Below are positions 36,247-46,951 of a DNA stretch of 64,000 nt, one piece after another. Under the pieces are notes generated by a model. It did not search any database, was not told the origin of the DNA, and saw nothing but the letters and a program-made list of their open reading frames with translations. This DNA comes from Acidobacteriota bacterium (GTDB lineage Bacteria; Acidobacteriota; Thermoanaerobaculia; Multivoradales; UBA5704). Location of the stretch: contig JBDTZG010000015.1 in NCBI GenBank assembly GCA_040005235.1, positions 1-64,000 on the forward strand, written 5' to 3'. A program made the translations under genes and the position numbers. The stretch's first letter is position 1; the number at the start of each line of letters is the position of its first letter.

Positions 36247-38688
36247 CTACCCCTTCCGGAACGCCACCATCGGATCGGTCTTGAGCGCCCGCTGGGCGGG
36301 CATCAGACAGGCGAACAGGGTGACCAGGCCGAGGGCGATCGGTACGGCGGAGAAGACCGTCGGGTCGGTCGGTTGGACCTCGAAGAGGAACTGGGTGAGC
36401 ACCTTCGAGGCGAAGAAGGAGACCGGCAGACCGAACGCGAGGCCGATCAGCAATTGCCGTGCCCCTTGGCCGAGGAGCAAGCGCATCACTCGCGACGGGG
36501 CGGCGCCGAGCGCCAGGCGGACGCCAATTTCCTGGGTCCGTTGGCCGACCGAGAAGGAGACCACGGCGTAGATGCCGACCGAGGCGAGCAGCAGCGCCGC
36601 GGCGCCGAAGATCGCGAACAGGGTCGAGAACAGGTCGTAGAAGAAGCGGGACTTTTCGATCGCCCGTTCCATCGTCTGGACGAAGTAGATCGGCAGGTCC
36701 TTGTCCACCGCGACCACCTGGGCGCGCGCCAGGCCGGTCAAGGCGAGCGGGTTTTGCGGCGTGCGCACGAGGTATGACATCCGCTGGTCGTCCTGGCTTT
36801 GGCCGAGCGGCAGATAGATTCCCTGCGGGTCTTCTTTCTGGAAACCGTTCATGCCGAGATCCGGCACCACCGCGACGATCCGCCGCCAGGCGCCTTCGGT
36901 GCCGTGACCGATGCGAATCCTTTGTCCCATCGCGTTCTTGCCCGGAAAAGCTTTCGAGGCGAAGCTCGCGTTGACGATCGCCACCGGCTCGGCGCCTTCC
37001 CGGTCGAGCCGGGTGAAATCGCGCCCGTCCAGAAGCCGCGCGGAAAACATCGAGAAGAATCCCGGCGAGACGGTCTGCAACCGCGCCTGCGGCAGGTCGT
37101 TTGCCTTGGCATAGGCGCGCCCTTCGACCGCGTATTGGCTGGTGCCGGCGCCGTTATAGGGGAGCGCCGAAGTTGCGGCGACCGCCATCACGCCCGGTTT
37201 GCCGTCGAGCCGGTCGAGGATCTGCTCGTAGGTCTGGATGCGCTGGGCCTGAGTCGGATAGGCCGCTTCGAACAGCGGCACCCGAAAGGTCAGGAGGTTT
37301 TTGGTGTTGTATTGCGCGTCCGCGCCGCGGGCCTGGACGACGCTTTTCACCATCAGGCCGGCCATCACCAGCAGCAGGCAGGAGAACGCGATCTCGGCGA
37401 TCACGATCGAGCGGCTGAACCAACCGAGCCGGAGGCTCGACGAGCCGCGCCCTTCGTCTTTGAGCACCTCGTTGACGTCCGCCCGCGACGCTTGAAACGC
37501 CGGGAACAGGCCGCTCGCGAAACCGGCGATCAGCGCCAGGCCGAGCGTGAACACGACCGCGAGCCGGTCGAGCTCGATGTGCAGCCAGTAGGGAGGATCG
37601 GTGGGCACGATCGCCCGGTTGAAGCCCGCTACGCCAAGATAAGCGAGGCCCAATCCGAGGCCGGCGCCGAGTGCCGCGATCATGAAGCTCTCGGCGAGGA
37701 TCTGCACCAGGACGCGGCGGCGGCCGGCGCCGAGCGCCGAGCGGATCGCCAGCTCCCGGGTGCGGGTCGAAGCGCGGGCGAGCATCAGATTCGCCACGTT
37801 CAGGCAGGCGATCAACAGGACGCAGAAGACCCCCGCGAGCATCAGGAAGAGGAGGCTTGAGATTTCCTTGGGAATGAACTCTTGCATCAAGGGCTTGGCC
37901 ACCGCATCCACTCCGGCGTTGGTGTCCGGATACTGCGCCGCGAGCCGCTTCGAGATGCCTTGGATCTCGGCCCGCGCGGTCTCTAGCGTCGCGCCCGCCT
38001 TCAGGCGGCCGACCACTTCGTAGGTGTCGCCCTCGCCCCGCTTCTTCTTGGTCGGATCGATCAAGAGCGGCGACCAGACTTTCTGGTTGAACGGAAATTC
38101 GAACTTCTCCGGCATGATGCCTACGACCGTCGCCGGCTCGGCGTTCACCCTTACGGTCCGGCCGAGAATCTGCGGATCGGCGCCGTAGCGATCCTTCCAG
38201 GTCTGCCAGGAGAGGATGGCGACGTGAGGAGCCCCGGGGAGATCCTCTCCCGGGAGAAACGATCGGCCGCGGGCGGGCTTGGCGCCGATCAGGTCGAACA
38301 GGTTCGCGGTGATGAACGCGCCGTCGATCCGCTCCGGCCGCGCATTGCCGCTCGCGCTGCCGCTCAACGAAAACGTGGTGGGCTCAAACGCGGCGAGACC
38401 GGTGAACGAGGTCTGCTGCGCGCGCCAATCGAGGAAGTCGTGGAGCCCCACTTCGAGGCTCTTCTGATCGTGCGACAGGTTCTGGGTTTCGAGGTGGATC
38501 AGGCGGCCGGAATCGGGCAGCGGCAAGCCGCGCAGCACGATGCCGTAGACGATCGAAAACATAGCGGCGGTCAAGCCGATGCCGAGTCCTAGGGCGACGA
38601 CGGCGGCGACCGTCTGCCCCGGGGTCTTCGACAACATGCGCAGGCCGTAGCGGAAATCTCGGAACAAGTGGCTCATGGCGGTCTCCAA
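36247..38688 (-). CDS. ADOP-family duplicated ABC transporter permease (MacB/FtsX domains)
   Basis: DFRYGLRML, LIACLNVANL..R.RELAIR.ALGA, QRTQEIGVRLALGA, DPMVAFR. Confidence 0.92.
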   Translation of the reverse strand: METAMSHLFRDFRYGLRMLSKTPGQTVAAVVALGLGIGLTAAMFSIVYGIVLRGLPLPDSGRLIHLETQNLSHDQKSLEVGLHDFLDWRAQQTSFTGLAAFEPTTFSLSGSASGNARPERIDGAFITANLFDLIGAKPARGRSFLPGEDLPGAPHVAILSWQTWKDRYGADPQILGRTVRVNAEPATVVGIMPEKFEFPFNQKVWSPLLIDPTKKKRGEGDTYEVVGRLKAGATLETARAEIQGISKRLAAQYPDTNAGVDAVAKPLMQEFIPKEISSLLFLMLAGVFCVLLIACLNVANLMLARASTRTRELAIRSALGAGRRRVLVQILAESFMIAALGAGLGLGLAYLGVAGFNRAIVPTDPPYWLHIELDRLAVVFTLGLALIAGFASGLFPAFQASRADVNEVLKDEGRGSSSLRLGWFSRSIVIAEIAFSCLLLVMAGLMVKSVVQARGADAQYNTKNLLTFRVPLFEAAYPTQAQRIQTYEQILDRLDGKPGVMAVAATSALPYNGAGTSQYAVEGRAYAKANDLPQARLQTVSPGFFSMFSARLLDGRDFTRLDREGAEPVAIVNASFASKAFPGKNAMGQRIRIGHGTEGAWRRIVAVVPDLGMNGFQKEDPQGIYLPLGQSQDDQRMSYLVRTPQNPLALTGLARAQVVAVDKDLPIYFVQTMERAIEKSRFFYDLFSTLFAIFGAAALLLASVGIYAVVSFSVGQRTQEIGVRLALGAAPSRVMRLLLGQGARQLLIGLAFGLPVSFFASKVLTQFLFEVQPTDPTVFSAVPIALGLVTLFACLMPAQRALKTDPMVAFRKG

Positions 38689-38733
38689 CGGATCAGCCGT
38701 TCGAACCGCTCTACGCTCGCGGAGGGTTAAAAG

Positions 38734-39915
38734 TTACAGGGCCGGAGAAAGAAGCAGCAGCGCCAGAAGCGCCGCCCGCCCGGCGAGCCGCTCGACGACC
38801 AGATGCTCGTCCTCGGCATGCGCCCCGGCTCCCACCGCGCCGAGGCCATCGAGCGTCGCGGTGTGAAGGCTCGCCAGGCTGCCGTCCGAGCCGCCGCCGA
38901 CGGAGGCCTCTCCGAGCGTCTGCCCCAACGCCGCTGCGCACTTTTGGGCCTGAGAGAAAAGCGCCCGATTCCGATCGGTCCGTTCGAGCGGCAGCCGCTC
39001 GATCTCACCCTCGACTTCGATCCTCACGCCCGGCAGAGTGGGGGCCAAGGCGCGGATCGCCCGCTCGATCTCGACCCCGGCGCCGATCGAGGTAAAACGG
39101 ACGTCCACCTCCGCATGCGCCTCGGCGGCGACGACGTTGCCCCGGGTTCCGCCCGACACCACGCCGACGTTGACGGTCGTTCCCGAGTCCGGATCGCTCA
39201 GAGCGGCGAGCCGCTCGATCGCCCGCCCCAGCTCGCGGATCGCGCTCGCCCCCTGCTCCGGATGAAGGCCGGCATGGGCGGCGCGGCCGAGGAAACGCAG
39301 GCCGAAGCGGGCGACTCCTTTGCGCTCGGTCTTCGCCCGCCCCTCCGGCCCGAACGCCGGTTCGAGCACGAACGCCCGCTTAGCCCGCCGCGCCAGGTGA
39401 TGGATGCGCCGCGCCGAATCGGGGCTCCCCAGCTCTTCGTCGGAATTCAAGAACAGCACGGGGGCGAGGGCAGGGGTCACGCCACTCTCCCGTTCGAGAT
39501 CGGCGAGCGCGAGGAGCGCGAACACCGCGATCGCGACTCCCCCCTTCATGTCGAACACCCCGGGTCCGTAGAGGCGGCCTGCCTCTTCGCGCACCGGCAT
39601 GGTAGCCAGAGCGCCTATCGGCCAGACCGTATCGACGTGACCGAGCAGCAGCTGATAGCCGCTTCGCGGACGGCGGGTCGAGCGCCCAAGCAACTGACCG
39701 CCGCTCGTGGCGCCCGCGAGCCGGCGGATGGCGAGGCCGGAAGGCGCGAGCGCCTCTTCGATCAGTGCGAAGACCGGAGCCTGGGTCGAGGGTTCGTGCG
39801 ACGGGGATTCGATCGCGGCGAGGCGAGAGACGAGATCGACCAGCTCGTCGCCGCGATAGGCGAGCCGGTCGAAGATCCGCGCCGCAAGCTCAGGAAGCGG
39901 CGGCGCCGCGATCAC
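38734..39915 (-). CDS. M20 family metallopeptidase (glutamate carboxypeptidase-like)
   Basis: GHVDTV, DMKGG, DEE, GGSD, AHAEDE. Confidence 0.9.
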   Translation of the reverse strand: MIAAPPLPELAARIFDRLAYRGDELVDLVSRLAAIESPSHEPSTQAPVFALIEEALAPSGLAIRRLAGATSGGQLLGRSTRRPRSGYQLLLGHVDTVWPIGALATMPVREEAGRLYGPGVFDMKGGVAIAVFALLALADLERESGVTPALAPVLFLNSDEELGSPDSARRIHHLARRAKRAFVLEPAFGPEGRAKTERKGVARFGLRFLGRAAHAGLHPEQGASAIRELGRAIERLAALSDPDSGTTVNVGVVSGGTRGNVVAAEAHAEVDVRFTSIGAGVEIERAIRALAPTLPGVRIEVEGEIERLPLERTDRNRALFSQAQKCAAALGQTLGEASVGGGSDGSLASLHTATLDGLGAVGAGAHAEDEHLVVERLAGRAALLALLLLSPAL

Positions 39916-40802
39916 TCAGATCCCGTGCCGGTCGCCTGTTCCAGGCCGCGCCAGGTCGTCTCGGCGTCGTCGAAAATCGGCAGGTTCGGCTGGATGCCGC
40001 GCGCCGCGTTGACGTGCCAGCTCCACAGCAGCGACCACTTGAGGTAGGTGCCGTAGCTCTGGAGCATGCAGAAGACCAAGCCGTGCATGCCGTCGAAGAG
40101 GCCGAACTGGAGGACGTAGGTGCGGAAGAAACGCCACGCCGAGCGGCCCCAGATCTCCAAGATCCCCGAGCGTTTGCCGTCCCGCCACTGCTGGGAGGCG
40201 CCCCAGAAGCTGTACTTCTCGATCCGCCGGACGTACTCGTCGAGCGCATCGGTCATGTAGTGCTCCATCGGGTTCTTGAGCAGCGGCGCCGGTCCGCGGG
40301 TCACCATGTCGGCGTGAACCCTGCGGTTCGGGTAACGGGCGGTTCCCTGGCGGACCAGACGCACCACCTGGTCGTGCTGCCAGCCGGAGAAGCGGATGAG
40401 CTTGCCGAGAAAGTAAACCCGGCGCCGGATCGTGTAGGCATCGGCCGTGGCCCCCACGGCGAGCAGGTTCTCGATCTCGCGTTGGAGCACCGGGGGGCAG
40501 CGTTCGTCGGCGTCGAAGATCAAGATCCAATCGTTTTCCACCTGGTCCATCGCCCAGTTCTTCTGGGAGGCCGACCCATAATAGGTGCGCTGGAGGAACC
40601 GCACCTTTGGATAGGCGGCGCAGATCTCCGGCGTCCGGTCGGTCGAGAACGAATCGACGACGAAGATCTCGTCGCACCAGAGGAGCGACTCGATGCAGCC
40701 GGCGATGTTTTGCTCTTCGTTGAAGGTCGTGACGATGGCCGACACCTTGGCCCGATTCGGTGCGGCAGCGGCAACGGCGCGATTCGTCGTCTCCTCGGGC
40801 AT
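39912..40802 (-). CDS. Glycosyltransferase family 2 (KdtX/WaaE-like)
   Basis: FNEEQNI, VDSFSTD, DADER, VHAD. Confidence 0.88.
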   Translation of the reverse strand: MPEETTNRAVAAAAPNRAKVSAIVTTFNEEQNIAGCIESLLWCDEIFVVDSFSTDRTPEICAAYPKVRFLQRTYYGSASQKNWAMDQVENDWILIFDADERCPPVLQREIENLLAVGATADAYTIRRRVYFLGKLIRFSGWQHDQVVRLVRQGTARYPNRRVHADMVTRGPAPLLKNPMEHYMTDALDEYVRRIEKYSFWGASQQWRDGKRSGILEIWGRSAWRFFRTYVLQFGLFDGMHGLVFCMLQSYGTYLKWSLLWSWHVNAARGIQPNLPIFDDAETTWRGLEQATGTGSE

Positions 40803-40915
40803 CTTCGGGTTCTCCTCCAAACGGTGCGGCGGGCCGCTCCCCAAGCGTATCATCCGCCCGGCGTTCTCCCTTATCATCCACTCGGCACCGCCGACTTCGA
40901 GGCCGCCGCCCCGAT

Positions 40916-41620
40916 ATGTTCAGAGACCTCTTCGTCTTCATCCTGCTTCTTACGCTCAAGGCGTTCGCGCGCACGTTCTACCGGATCCGCATGGAGTGGA
41001 TCAACGATCCGCCGCCCGATCGCTGGCGTCGTCTTCGGCTGGTCACGATCCTCAACCACACCAGCCTGTTCGAGCCGCTGTTTGCCGGCGGGGCGCCCAA
41101 CCATTTCCTCTGGCGGCTTGCCCGACACGGCGTGCTGCCGGTCGCCAAGAAGACGACCGACCGGGCGGTGGTGGGGAAATTCTTCAGCCTGATCGCGAAG
41201 AACGTCATCCCGGTCACCCGGGCGCGCGACGAGAGCTGGAAGCAGGTGCTCTCGCGGATCGATCCCGACGCGATGGTGGGCATCGCGCCCGAAGGAAGGA
41301 TGAAACGAGCGACCGGCCTCGACTCCGAAGGACGCGCGATGAGCGTCCGCGGCGGAATCGCCGACATCCTCGACTCACTCGGCGAGGGACGGATGCTCCT
41401 CGCCTACAGCGGCGGCCTCCATCACGTCCAGATCCCCGGGCAGCGTTTTCCCCGCCTGTTCCAAACCATCCGGATGCGCCTCGAAGTGGTCGAGATCAGC
41501 GAATATCGTCGCGCCATAATGGAGCGCGGCGGTGGCACCCCCGAAGGATTCAAAGCCGCGGTCATCGCCGATCTGGAGCGGCGGCGGGATATGTACTGTC
41601 CGCCGGCCGAGGGAAGCTAA
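40916..41620 (+). CDS. PlsC-like glycerolipid acyltransferase
   Basis: NHTSLFE, APEGRM. Confidence 0.8.
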   Translation: MFRDLFVFILLLTLKAFARTFYRIRMEWINDPPPDRWRRLRLVTILNHTSLFEPLFAGGAPNHFLWRLARHGVLPVAKKTTDRAVVGKFFSLIAKNVIPVTRARDESWKQVLSRIDPDAMVGIAPEGRMKRATGLDSEGRAMSVRGGIADILDSLGEGRMLLAYSGGLHHVQIPGQRFPRLFQTIRMRLEVVEISEYRRAIMERGGGTPEGFKAAVIADLERRRDMYCPPAEGS

Positions 41621-41802
41621 CCGCGACGGCAGCGGCCCGATGGCGCGGGACGAAGCGGCGGAGGGCTGAGACGGCGATAAAGCGGGAATTGCGCGTGGCG
41701 GTCAACCCCTTCCGCTTGCAAAGCTTCGGCCCGCTGGCTTACCTTAGGGGTAGTCTGGACTGAGGCCACATCCGGACACCACTCTCGGGGAGGAAGCCGA
41801 AG

Positions 41803-43710
41803 ATGACGTTGACGGTTCGAGCCCATTTCATACTTCTACTTCCTGCGCTCGCCGTCGCCTGTAGCTCCAACCCCAAAATCCAACCCGTTCGCGTCGCCTA
41901 TAGCGATATCCCCGTCGCGAGCTCCGCTTCGCAACCCGTTGGACCTCCGGCCCCTGCGCCCGCAGCGCCGGCCGGCCTTCCTTCGAGCGCCGATTCGAGT
42001 CTGGTGGCGACGCCTGCGGCGCTGTCGACCCGCGAGATCATCGATCGCTCCATGAAGTGGTCGGTCGAGGGCCTTGGCTCCTACGCCCGCAGCAACTACC
42101 CGGCGGCGTACGAGAGCTTGAACGGCGCGCGCATCCTCTTGCTCGGGGCCGACATGCCCGAATATTGGAAGGAGCAGGGGCTTGCCGTGCTACAGGCGGG
42201 GCTGCCCAAGGAGTTGCGCCGCTACGACCTCCCCTCCGTGCTCCGGGAGCTTGAGGGCCTGCGCGCCAAGGAGCCGACCGAAAAAGCCGAGGCCACTTAC
42301 ATCGACACCGAGGTGCGGCGGATCCTTCGCCGCTTCGGCGAGAGCGAGCCGGGGGACCAGACGCTCCCCCAGCTGGTCGCTGAGACCCACAGCTACGTCG
42401 ATTTCTATCGCGGCCGCGGGCGCGAGTTCTACGAGCGGTCGTACCAGCGCAAGCGGAAGTATTGGCCGATCATCAGCGAGGTCTTCGCCGCCCGCAGCCT
42501 GCCCGTCGAGCTCGGCTACATCGCCCTGGTCGAGAGCGGGTTCAACCCGCGCGCCGCGAGCCACGCCAACGCCTTCGGACTGTGGCAATTCATCCCTGAG
42601 ACCGGGCGCCGGTACGGCCTCAACGATCTCTCCGATTTCTCCGACGTGCGCAAATCGACCGCCGCCGCGGCCGAGTATCTGATCGATCTGCTGAGCATCT
42701 TCGGCTCGCCCTCGTTTCTGCTCGCCACCGCGTCGTACAACGCCGGGGAAGGCAAGATCGTGTCCTGCCTGCGGAAGATCGACGATCCGTTCGAGAAGCG
42801 GACGTTCTGGGAGATCCGCGGCTGCCTGGCGACCGAGACCCGGGAGTACATCCCGCGGATTCTGGCCGCCGCCGTGATCGGCTCGAACCCCGCGCGGTTC
42901 GGCTTCGCCCTGCCGAGCGACGCGGAGATCGACAACCGGTTCGACATCGTTCAGGTCGCCACCCTCCAACCGCTCGCCCGGCTGGCGGAGCTGGCGGGCG
43001 TGGCGGTCGAAGAGCTGCGCGCCGCCAACACCGACATCTCCTCGGCTTCGGACTGGACGCCGGGCAAGAACTTCCCGCTTTACGTTCCGCGCGGTACCGG
43101 CGAGAAGCTTAGCCTCGCGCTCGCCGCATTGCCCGTCGACCTGCCGACTTCTTCCGGGCCGGAAGAGATCCGTTTCGCGGTGGAGCGGCCGGCCGCCAAG
43201 CCCACCCGCTACAAGATCCGGCGCGGCGACACGCTGTCGAAGATTGCGGACAAATTCGATTCGAGCCCGGAAGTGCTCGCCCGAAAGAACAAGCTCCGCA
43301 AGCCCTATCGATTGCAGGTCGGCCAGACCCTGGTGGTCGGCGAAGGGAAAGCGGGCAGCCCCCGAATGGCCGAAAGCGGCACGAGCGGGAGTGCCAAGCA
43401 CACGATCGTCTTCACCGTCCGCCGCGGTCACACCCTCTCCGAGATCGCCGGCCTGTTCGCGGTGGGAACCCACGACGTGATGCGCTGGAACGACCTCTCC
43501 GGCTCCGACCTCACCGTGGGCCAGAAGCTCACCCTCCACCCGCAGCGCAGTTACCGCACCCGCACCTACCAGGTCCGCCACGGCGACAAGATCGCCAACA
43601 TCGCCCGCAAGTTCGGCGTCTCGATCCAGAGCCTGAGGATGGCCAACGGCATGGACGAAGGCGAGCCGCTACGCACCGGGCAGACGTTGACGTTCTACGT
43701 GCCGGCGTAA
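41803..43710 (+). CDS. MltD-like lytic transglycosylase lipoprotein with LysM repeats
   Basis: Lipobox AVAC; VESGFNP, GLWQF, SYNAGE; three clear LysM repeats at the C-terminus. Confidence 0.9.
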   Translation: MTLTVRAHFILLLPALAVACSSNPKIQPVRVAYSDIPVASSASQPVGPPAPAPAAPAGLPSSADSSLVATPAALSTREIIDRSMKWSVEGLGSYARSNYPAAYESLNGARILLLGADMPEYWKEQGLAVLQAGLPKELRRYDLPSVLRELEGLRAKEPTEKAEATYIDTEVRRILRRFGESEPGDQTLPQLVAETHSYVDFYRGRGREFYERSYQRKRKYWPIISEVFAARSLPVELGYIALVESGFNPRAASHANAFGLWQFIPETGRRYGLNDLSDFSDVRKSTAAAAEYLIDLLSIFGSPSFLLATASYNAGEGKIVSCLRKIDDPFEKRTFWEIRGCLATETREYIPRILAAAVIGSNPARFGFALPSDAEIDNRFDIVQVATLQPLARLAELAGVAVEELRAANTDISSASDWTPGKNFPLYVPRGTGEKLSLALAALPVDLPTSSGPEEIRFAVERPAAKPTRYKIRRGDTLSKIADKFDSSPEVLARKNKLRKPYRLQVGQTLVVGEGKAGSPRMAESGTSGSAKHTIVFTVRRGHTLSEIAGLFAVGTHDVMRWNDLSGSDLTVGQKLTLHPQRSYRTRTYQVRHGDKIANIARKFGVSIQSLRMANGMDEGEPLRTGQTLTFYVPA

Positions 43711-44139
43711 TCAGTCCAGGCAGAGAGTGACCGAATCCCCGAGCGCCCGGGGCTGCCGCTCCATGGACTCCAGCCGACGCTCGTCGACCTCCTCTTCGCC
43801 CGCGGTCGCCTGGGCGGAACAACCGAGGGTTTCCTCTTCCAGGCCGAAGAAGCGAATCGCGTCGGCCAACGTCGGCCGGACTCCGGGATGCAGCGCCATC
43901 TCCGGAACGATCTTCACCACCGCCCGATTGCGCCCCATTTGTGAGTCTCGCTCCGCCACGACCGCGGTGCCGCCCGAGAGGGCTCCCCGCGGAGCGTAAT
44001 AACCGAGATCGAGCCAGACCGCAGCGGCGAGGAGCCCGAGCACCACCACCGCCAGAACCACGCCGCGGGAATCGGCGCGCCGGGCGGAACCGGCTTCCTC
44101 GAACACCGACTCGGGATCACCAACCGGCGTCGAGCGCAT
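43711..44139 (-). CDS. Small single-TM hypothetical protein (last gene of the GTPase-SEDS-PBP operon)
   Basis: TM segment VVLAVVVLGLLAAAVWL; overlaps the PBP stop. Confidence 0.55.
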   Translation of the reverse strand: MRSTPVGDPESVFEEAGSARRADSRGVVLAVVVLGLLAAAVWLDLGYYAPRGALSGGTAVVAERDSQMGRNRAVVKIVPEMALHPGVRPTLADAIRFFGLEEETLGCSAQATAGEEEVDERRLESMERQPRALGDSVTLCLD

Positions 44140-46951
44140 CGATCAGAACCTCCTGGATCAGCTTGCCGGCGAACGGAACCGCGATCGTCGGCCCTTTGCC
44201 CTGCCCCTCGATGATGATCGCCACCGTCAGCGCCCGCTTCGGCGGGTGAGCGACGACATCGATTTTCGCCAGCTCCTCCCCTCCCCCGCCGCGACGCGCC
44301 GCCGCATCCCAAACACCGATCGTAAACACGTAGACGGCGCCCACCGATTCGATTTCGCGGCGGCGCAGCGCGCGCACCAGCCGGCCGCCGCGCCGCTCGA
44401 ACTGGACGCGATCTTCCGGGCGGCTGTCGTTCCAGCTGTCGCAGGCTTGAATGACCGAGCGCGGCCCGACGCCATAGCGGCGGAGGATCTTGAGATCGTC
44501 CGGGTTCGCCTGAAGCGCCGTGAGCGACCGGGTGGCTCGCCCCTCTTCCGTCCGATCGGCGTCGACCGGTCCGGAATCCCGGTAGACAATCCGATCTGCC
44601 GTGTCGAGCGTCAGCGCGCGGCGGGCGATCAGCGAATCGAGCGCTCGGGCGAGCGAGGTCGAGACGTAGCTGGTGTTGTCGGGCGACCCGGTCTTCGAGA
44701 AGAAACCGAGCACCTCGCCACGGGCGGCGAGCCGGCGGTCGAGCGCCCGCAGCTGGGGCGCGAGAGCGCTAGCCGTGCCGCCAGGACCTGCGACCCGGGT
44801 CATCGCATCGACCAGGCGCTGGCGGGTGGCGGGAGCGAGGTCGAGATCGGCGAGCTTTTCCGGAGCCTTGGGCCTGCCCTCCCCGGCCGCCGCGGGCTCT
44901 TCCCCTTCGGGGTGAACTTGGGCGACCAGGCGCGGCTCGATCTTCTTGCCGGTCACCAGGCGCGAGAAGACGCTCGCGATCCGCGGCATCGTCCAGGTCG
45001 ATTCGCCGCCGCCCAAGACCAGCGACAGGTATTCGCGGCGATAGTCGTCGATCAGGTTGAGCGCCAGGTTTTCGCGCTCAGGGCTGGCGCCGCGAAACGT
45101 CGTCTCGCGCGGCAGCTGTTCGCCGTAGAGCTGGGTGAGAACCGGGCGCCAGATCCCCGTGTCGATCAGGTCATCGCCTTCGCCGGCGGGCCAGCGGGTC
45201 GCCGAGTGCTTGGTGGTGAACGGCACCCCGAACAGCCGGCGAAGCGAAGCCGCGAAATCGCGGTGTTCGAGCGTGATGATCCGGCCGCAGGCGGCCAGGC
45301 GCGCCAGCTCGGGGTCCTTCGCCCCCCGGTTCGAGACGATCGGCAGGTTGAGCCGCGGGCGCCGGTCGTACTCCTGGCCGCCGATCGCGAAGCGCTCTTC
45401 CCTGTCGAGCTGCTCGGGGACCTCCGGATCGCCCACCGGCGGCAAGAGGCCGGTCTGCGCTTCGTCGACGCCCGTGGCGAGGGTCAAAAGCGTCGCGCCG
45501 TATTTGTTCGACGAGTGCTGGATGAACTCTTCGAAATCGATCCAGCCGTCTCCGCCGCCGCCGATCGCGTGGTCTTCGAGCGGCGGATCGAGCGCGATCC
45601 CGAGCAGCTGAGTGAACTTCCCCTCGGCGTAGCCGCGGATGCGCAGATCGGCCAAGAACGGCGCGCGATCGAGGATCGCCGCGGCGAACGGGATCTTTGC
45701 GACCGAGCCGATCGGCAGCCGCGAGAAATTGTGGTTGCGCAGCCAGCGCTGGCGGGAGCGGTCGCCGTCGCCGTAGCTACCCAACTGATCGGCGGTCGGA
45801 TAGCTTGCGAGCGCGAGCAGCTCGCCGTTGGTCGCATCCATTACCGTGACCGCGGCGCGAAACGGCGGCTCGGTCCGGCCGCGCAAACCTTGCGCGTAGG
45901 TTTCGAGCTGGCGCTGCACCTCGGCCTCGATTTTCGAATCGAGCGTGAGCGCGAGATCGAATCGCTCGGTACTCGGAGCGGGCGCCTCGGCCGGCGGGCG
46001 ATGGAGGGCGGTATCGATCGCCGCCAGCACGTCGCTCGCGAGAGGCGGATCGGGGCGCTCGGGAATCCGCCGGAACCGGCCGTTGATCGGCCGATAGATC
46101 GAGATCGGCGGCGCCTCCCCGAGGACCGAGCTCCAGAGCAGCGCGTATTGCGAGGCGCCGTTCCCGATGCGCCAGCGCAGTTTGAGCAGGTCGCCCGAAT
46201 CGAGCCGCGCGTGGCTCCCCTGGCGGATCTCGTCGCCGGAGACTGAGATCTCCACCCCCGCCGCCTGGCTCCGGTGGTTGAACAGGAGCGCATCGCCGAT
46301 CCGGTTGACCGTGCCGAGAAACGCGCCGCCCCGGCCGGTAAGCTTCACCTTCTCGGCCCGCACCGCGCGCGCGGCATGGGCCGCTCCCCCACCGGGAGTC
46401 CCTTTGGCACCGTCGTCGCTCCCGGAGCGCAAAGTGATCTCGGGCGGGTTTTCCATCCCGCGCAGGGGCGTGGTCGGGCCGACCAGCTCGATCGCCGCGC
46501 CGCCGCCGCGCAGCTCGGCTATCCGAGTTTTCGTCGGCCGGTAGCTGAGCGCGCCGGTCCACGTCCGCGACTCGGAAAACGGCAGGGCGATCCGGTGGCG
46601 CGACGGGTCGAGGCCGAAGATCTGGTCGTTTTCAACCGAAAAGATCGCCCGATCCCCGGCGTTGAAATCCGCCACGTCGCCAGCCAGGTGCGAGCGCAGA
46701 TACAGCTCTTCGATCGGCGTTCCGCGGTACTTCGAATCGAGCTCGATCGTGCGCGTCGTCGGCTCGTAGCGCAGCCAGCCGTGATGGGTATAAAGCTCCG
46801 CCGTCTCCCGATACCCTTCCGGATCGTGGTAGGCCGGCAGCGAAGTGCCGCGCGTCGCCCCGAGGTAGATCACCCGGCCGCACCAGGCGATCAGCCAAAG
46901 ACCGATCAAGCCGAGCACGGCCCTTGCGGCGCGACGGCCCGACGCGGTCAT
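44117..46951 (-). CDS. Large class B PBP-like transpeptidase with FHA-like N-terminal region
   Basis: N-terminal TM; LTLD..EVQ; VMD..GELLALASYP; SVAK (SxxK), SSN (SxN), KTG. Confidence 0.8.
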   Translation of the reverse strand: MTASGRRAARAVLGLIGLWLIAWCGRVIYLGATRGTSLPAYHDPEGYRETAELYTHHGWLRYEPTTRTIELDSKYRGTPIEELYLRSHLAGDVADFNAGDRAIFSVENDQIFGLDPSRHRIALPFSESRTWTGALSYRPTKTRIAELRGGGAAIELVGPTTPLRGMENPPEITLRSGSDDGAKGTPGGGAAHAARAVRAEKVKLTGRGGAFLGTVNRIGDALLFNHRSQAAGVEISVSGDEIRQGSHARLDSGDLLKLRWRIGNGASQYALLWSSVLGEAPPISIYRPINGRFRRIPERPDPPLASDVLAAIDTALHRPPAEAPAPSTERFDLALTLDSKIEAEVQRQLETYAQGLRGRTEPPFRAAVTVMDATNGELLALASYPTADQLGSYGDGDRSRQRWLRNHNFSRLPIGSVAKIPFAAAILDRAPFLADLRIRGYAEGKFTQLLGIALDPPLEDHAIGGGGDGWIDFEEFIQHSSNKYGATLLTLATGVDEAQTGLLPPVGDPEVPEQLDREERFAIGGQEYDRRPRLNLPIVSNRGAKDPELARLAACGRIITLEHRDFAASLRRLFGVPFTTKHSATRWPAGEGDDLIDTGIWRPVLTQLYGEQLPRETTFRGASPERENLALNLIDDYRREYLSLVLGGGESTWTMPRIASVFSRLVTGKKIEPRLVAQVHPEGEEPAAAGEGRPKAPEKLADLDLAPATRQRLVDAMTRVAGPGGTASALAPQLRALDRRLAARGEVLGFFSKTGSPDNTSYVSTSLARALDSLIARRALTLDTADRIVYRDSGPVDADRTEEGRATRSLTALQANPDDLKILRRYGVGPRSVIQACDSWNDSRPEDRVQFERRGGRLVRALRRREIESVGAVYVFTIGVWDAAARRGGGGEELAKIDVVAHPPKRALTVAIIIEGQGKGPTIAVPFAGKLIQEVLIDALDAGW

